The notes beneath the pieces are model-generated. The model had not been told where the DNA came from. It saw only the letters and a list, made by a program, of their open reading frames with translations, and ran no database searches. From Deltaproteobacteria bacterium (GTDB lineage Bacteria > CG2-30-53-67), in contig JAADIO010000035.1 in the NCBI GenBank assembly GCA_013151235.1, positions 62,001 through 82,567 of the forward strand: DNA of 20,567 nucleotides, given 5' to 3'. Below are positions 17,471 to 20,567 of this stretch, piece by piece; the stretch's first letter is position 1; every line of letters begins with the position of its first letter. The translations under genes were made by a program, and so were the position numbers.

Positions 17471-18793
17471 ATGGAAAAATCGATGCAGAGAAACGAACGG
17501 ATCGAAAGGGAAATTCTCTCGGCCATGAAGAGACCGGGGGCACTCTACTGGATCGCCCTCTTCTTCTGCGGGTCGGTTTTTATCGTGGGGATGCTCTTCT
17601 GGGGACACCAGTTGAAGACCGGCCTCGGCGTGGCCGGGATCTCCCATCCCGTAGCGTGGGGAGTCTATATCACCAATTTCGTTTTCTGGGTCGGGATTGC
17701 ACACTCCGGGACACTGATTTCCGCCGTACTCTTTCTCTTCCGCGCAAAGTTCCGGACCAGCTTCAACCGGGCGGCCGAGGCGATGACCGTCTTCGCCCTG
17801 ATGGTGGCCGGCCTCTTCCCCCTGATCCATCTCGGGCGGACCTGGGTCTTCTACTACCTCCTTCCGTATCCCAGCCAGCGGATGATCTGGCCCAACTTCC
17901 GGTCTCCCCTCGTATGGGACGTCTTCGCCATCAGCACCTACCTGACGGTGAGCCTGATCTTCTTCTACGTCGGAATGATCCCCGATCTCGCCATCATGCG
18001 CCGCCGCTTTACCGGCATACGCAGCCGGATCTACCAGGTCCTCTCCCTCGGATGGGAAGGCAGACTCGGTGAATGGAGAAACTACGAGCAGCTCTACCTC
18101 TTTCTCGCCGCCTTCGCCACGCCACTGGTGGCCTCGGTCCACTCCATCGTATCGTGGGACTTCGCCATGAGCATCCTCCCCGGATGGCACACCACGATCT
18201 TCGCCCCCTACTTCGTGGCCGGGGCGATCTTCTCGGGGACGGCCATGGTCATCACCCTCGTCGTCCCCATGCGGAAGGTCCTCTCCCTGGAGAAATACAT
18301 CACCGTCGATCACATCGAATCGATCGCCAAGATCCTCCTCTTCACCTCGTTGATCGTTACCTATGCCTACATCGTGGAACCGGCCCTCGCGGTCTACGGG
18401 AAGAACCCCTTCGAGATCGAGGCATTCCGCTACCGGGCCTTCGGCGACTACAGCCCTCTCTTCTGGACCATGATCCTCTGTAACTCGATCCTGCCGCTAA
18501 CCCTCTTCATAAAACGACTGCGGCGAAACATCATCTTCCTGTTCATCCTCTCTCTCCTGGTCAATGTCGGGATGTGGCTGGAACGGTTCGTCATTATCGT
18601 CAGCAGCCTGGCGCGGGACTACACCCCCTACGCCTGGGGCACCTATCACCCCAGTCTCGTGGAAGTCGGAATCACCCTGGGCGGGTTCGGCCTCTTCTTC
18701 TCGGCCTACCTGATCTTTCTCAAGACCCTTCCCGTCCTCTCCATTACCGAGATCAAGGAGCGCAGTGATGGCACAAAAAATCATTCTGAATAA
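17471..18793 (+). CDS. actC: Alternative complex III subunit ActC (NrfD/PsrC family quinol-interacting membrane subunit)
   Basis: WGVYITNFVFWVGIAHSGTLISA, RAAEAMT, IHLGR, PNFRSPLVWDVFAISTY, SVHSIVSWDFA, GWHTTIFAPYFVAGAIFSG, GMWLERF. Start set at ATG 17471 after the actB stop. Confidence 0.94.
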   Translation: MEKSMQRNERIEREILSAMKRPGALYWIALFFCGSVFIVGMLFWGHQLKTGLGVAGISHPVAWGVYITNFVFWVGIAHSGTLISAVLFLFRAKFRTSFNRAAEAMTVFALMVAGLFPLIHLGRTWVFYYLLPYPSQRMIWPNFRSPLVWDVFAISTYLTVSLIFFYVGMIPDLAIMRRRFTGIRSRIYQVLSLGWEGRLGEWRNYEQLYLFLAAFATPLVASVHSIVSWDFAMSILPGWHTTIFAPYFVAGAIFSGTAMVITLVVPMRKVLSLEKYITVDHIESIAKILLFTSLIVTYAYIVEPALAVYGKNPFEIEAFRYRAFGDYSPLFWTMILCNSILPLTLFIKRLRRNIIFLFILSLLVNVGMWLERFVIIVSSLARDYTPYAWGTYHPSLVEVGITLGGFGLFFSAYLIFLKTLPVLSITEIKERSDGTKNHSE

Positions 18794-19205
18794 CCGGGAA
18801 GACTTTGTCCGGAAGTTGAAAGATCTGATCAACGGGGGGGTCCCGGCGGACAAGATCGATGCGCAGTATCCCTACCCGGTCCATGAAGTGGAAAAGATCC
18901 TGGGGCGCAGACCCGGCCCGGTTCGCTACTTCACCCTCATCGGGGCGGTAACCGGATTTGCCGCGGGATTCGGACTGACGATCTACACCGTCTTAAGCTG
19001 GCCGATGATCACCGGGGGGAAACCGCTGATCTCGATCCCCCCCTTCCTCCTCATCGCCTACATCCTGACGATTCTCTTCGGGTCCGTCGCCGCTTTTGCA
19101 GGCTTCCTTTTCGTCTCCATCCTGCCGAAGATCGGACGGCTCTTCGCCCCCCTCCCCGAAGCTGGAAACCGCTTCATCATCACCATCCGGGAGGGAAACC
19201 AATGA
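18768..19205 (+). CDS. actD: Alternative complex III subunit ActD (DUF3341)
   Basis: PYPVH, two TM helices flanking WPMITGGKP, AAGGAG SD 7 nt before ATG 18768; follows actC. Confidence 0.88.
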   Translation: MAQKIILNNREDFVRKLKDLINGGVPADKIDAQYPYPVHEVEKILGRRPGPVRYFTLIGAVTGFAAGFGLTIYTVLSWPMITGGKPLISIPPFLLIAYILTILFGSVAAFAGFLFVSILPKIGRLFAPLPEAGNRFIITIREGNQ

Positions 19206-20227
19206 GCCGAAGCCAACCCGATTCTCCCCTTCTCTACCTCCTGACAGGGATCGTTGCCGGGGGCATCGCCTTCCTCGAACTCGGTCCCTTCCGCGGGAAC
19301 GGAAGTTCACTCCTCCTCACACTGGTCTTCTGGACCGCCGTCGTGGAGGGGTGCATCGCCGTGGCCGCGATCTGCGACCTCGTTCATGCCCGGTGGATCG
19401 TCACCCTGAAAAGGGAACTCCTCTCGCCGGCTCCCTTGCTCTTCCTGCTGCTGTTCCTCTTTTTGATCCTGGGACTCAGGCTCGATCTCTATTCCTGGTC
19501 TTCACACCCCGGTCGATGGCTGAATCGACCCTTTTTTCTCATTCGCAACATCATCATCCTTCTGATCACCCTCGCCGCTGCCATTCATTATGCCGCCCGG
19601 AGCCGCCGCAACGATGGAAAGACGAACACCGCCGCCGTCCTCTACCTCTTCGCCTTCGTCCTCGCCCAGTCGATGGTCGCCTACGACTGGGTCATGCCGC
19701 TCGACGATCCCTGGTACAGCACTCTGTTCGGTCCCTACTTCTTCGTGGAAGCGATTTACTGCGGCATCGCCGTGGCGGGGATCCTGTACGGGATCCGTTT
19801 CAGGGGGGAAGTACGCCATGACGGAAAAGCAAAGGAATTTCTACGGGACATCGCAACACTGACCTTCGGCTTCTCCATCCTCTGGGGCGGGCTCTTCTTC
19901 ACCCAGTTCCTGGTCATCTGGTACGGGAACCTTCCGGAAGAGGTACTCTACCTGGTCGACCGGGTCAGCGGCACCCCCTGGTTGGCGCTCTCCTGCTCCG
20001 TGATCGGGGCCTTCTTCGTCGCTCCCTTCTTTCTCCTCCTCCCCCGCCAGACCAAGACCGCCCCCGCTATGGTCGCCTTCGTCTCCCTGATCATTCTCGG
20101 GGGATTGATCATCGAACGGATCCTCTTCCTGAAACCGGTCCTTTCCCTTTCCACGATGATCTTTTTGCCGGAGTTTCTGGGGATGTTACTTCTCTTCGTT
20201 CTGCAGATGGGCAGACACAGGGGATAA
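19202..20227 (+). CDS. actF: Alternative complex III subunit ActF (ActC paralog, membrane subunit)
   Basis: About 10 TM segments with WLNRPFFLIR, DWVMPLDDPWYSTLFG and QFLVIWYGNLPEE motifs. ATGA overlap with actD. Confidence 0.85.
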   Translation: MSRSQPDSPLLYLLTGIVAGGIAFLELGPFRGNGSSLLLTLVFWTAVVEGCIAVAAICDLVHARWIVTLKRELLSPAPLLFLLLFLFLILGLRLDLYSWSSHPGRWLNRPFFLIRNIIILLITLAAAIHYAARSRRNDGKTNTAAVLYLFAFVLAQSMVAYDWVMPLDDPWYSTLFGPYFFVEAIYCGIAVAGILYGIRFRGEVRHDGKAKEFLRDIATLTFGFSILWGGLFFTQFLVIWYGNLPEEVLYLVDRVSGTPWLALSCSVIGAFFVAPFFLLLPRQTKTAPAMVAFVSLIILGGLIIERILFLKPVLSLSTMIFLPEFLGMLLLFVLQMGRHRG

Positions 20228-20230
20228 GGC

Positions 20231-20383
20231 AAAAGCATTCACCGCAGACGCCGAGGGCGCAGAGGAAAACAGGACAAGGGAAAGGCAAGATCAAGGGCAA
20301 AAAGCAAAAGCATTAAACCACGGGGAACTCGGGGAGTCACGGGGAAAAGCATGCGCCATGAAGGACATGAAGATCATGAAGGA
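20231..20383. repeat. Array of three modules, each AAAAGCAT followed by a triplicated ~9-nt unit
   Basis: AAAAGCAT at 20231, 20306 and 20345, followed by CGCAGA/CGCCGAG/CGCAGAG, CACGGGGA/CTCGGGGA/CACGGGGA and CATGAAG x3 respectively. Confidence 0.65.
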
Positions 20384-20405
20384 ATGGAAATCGTCCACAA
20401 AACCT

Positions 20406-20430
20406 GTAGCGTCCCGGTTGATCCGGGACG
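20406..20430 (+). repeat. GTAG-type REP-like palindrome (may also act as terminator/stabiliser)
   Basis: GTAG immediately followed by the perfect 8-bp stem CGTCCCGG-TTGAT-CCGGGACG. Confidence 0.55.
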
Positions 20431-20446
20431 GCGCTTTTCACTCCGG

Positions 20447-20475
20447 TTGTGCAAAACGAAACGATCATCTAAAAT
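20447..20475 (+). promoter_or_regulatory. Possible sigma70 promoter for the next gene
   Basis: TTGTGC-17 nt-TAAAAT, 43 nt upstream of ATG 20519. Confidence 0.35.
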
Positions 20476-20518
20476 CGAAAGACGGAAATGACACAATCAT
20501 GGAAAGAGGTGCAACATC

Positions 20519-20567
20519 ATGAAATATTCATACCTTCATTTCGGGATCATGCTACTGGCATTCTGGA
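20519..20567 (+). CDS. Start of a gene truncated by the window edge; signal-peptide-like N-terminus
   Basis: GAGGTG SD, then ATG giving MKYSYLHFGIMLLAFW..., open to the window end. Confidence 0.5.
   Translation, partial: MKYSYLHFGIMLLAFW

Noticed and set aside
14048-18793. Assignment as Qrc, Nrf or polysulfide reductase
   Set aside because: The fused B subunit with CVGTRYC, ActC-specific motifs, and the presence of ActD and ActF indicate ACIII.
20231-20383. Possible CRISPR array
   Set aside because: The constant part is only 8 nt, spacing is irregular (75 and 39 nt), the 'spacers' are internally repetitive, and no cas genes are present.

Overview
Bacterial chromosomal window of moderately high GC. 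Gene content is compatible with a Desulfobacterota/Nitrospirota-like anaerobe, but that is an inference. The left part (minus strand) is a conserved housekeeping and proteostasis block: tRNA-Leu(TAG), tig, clpP, clpX, engB, an exported cyclophilin and rne (RNase E/G, truncated by the window edge and absent from the ORF track). The middle holds a small Cys-rich 'two-CW'-type protein, a 56-aa Arg-rich (D/E)RR-repeat protein, a CLC-CBS-TrkA_C transporter, and an apparent nfeD-SPFH-orphan molybdopterin oxidoreductase operon. The right part (plus strand) is an alternative complex III (ACIII) cluster, actA-B-C-D-F. It lacks actE/actG but is headed by a polytopic membrane monoheme cytochrome c whose stop overlaps the actA start. 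Notable non-coding and translational signals: a CTG start codon for engB overlapping the clpX stop, mutually exclusive hairpins over the tig start, a large structured repeat between actA and actB, and a composite repeat array plus a GTAG-type REP hairpin after actF.
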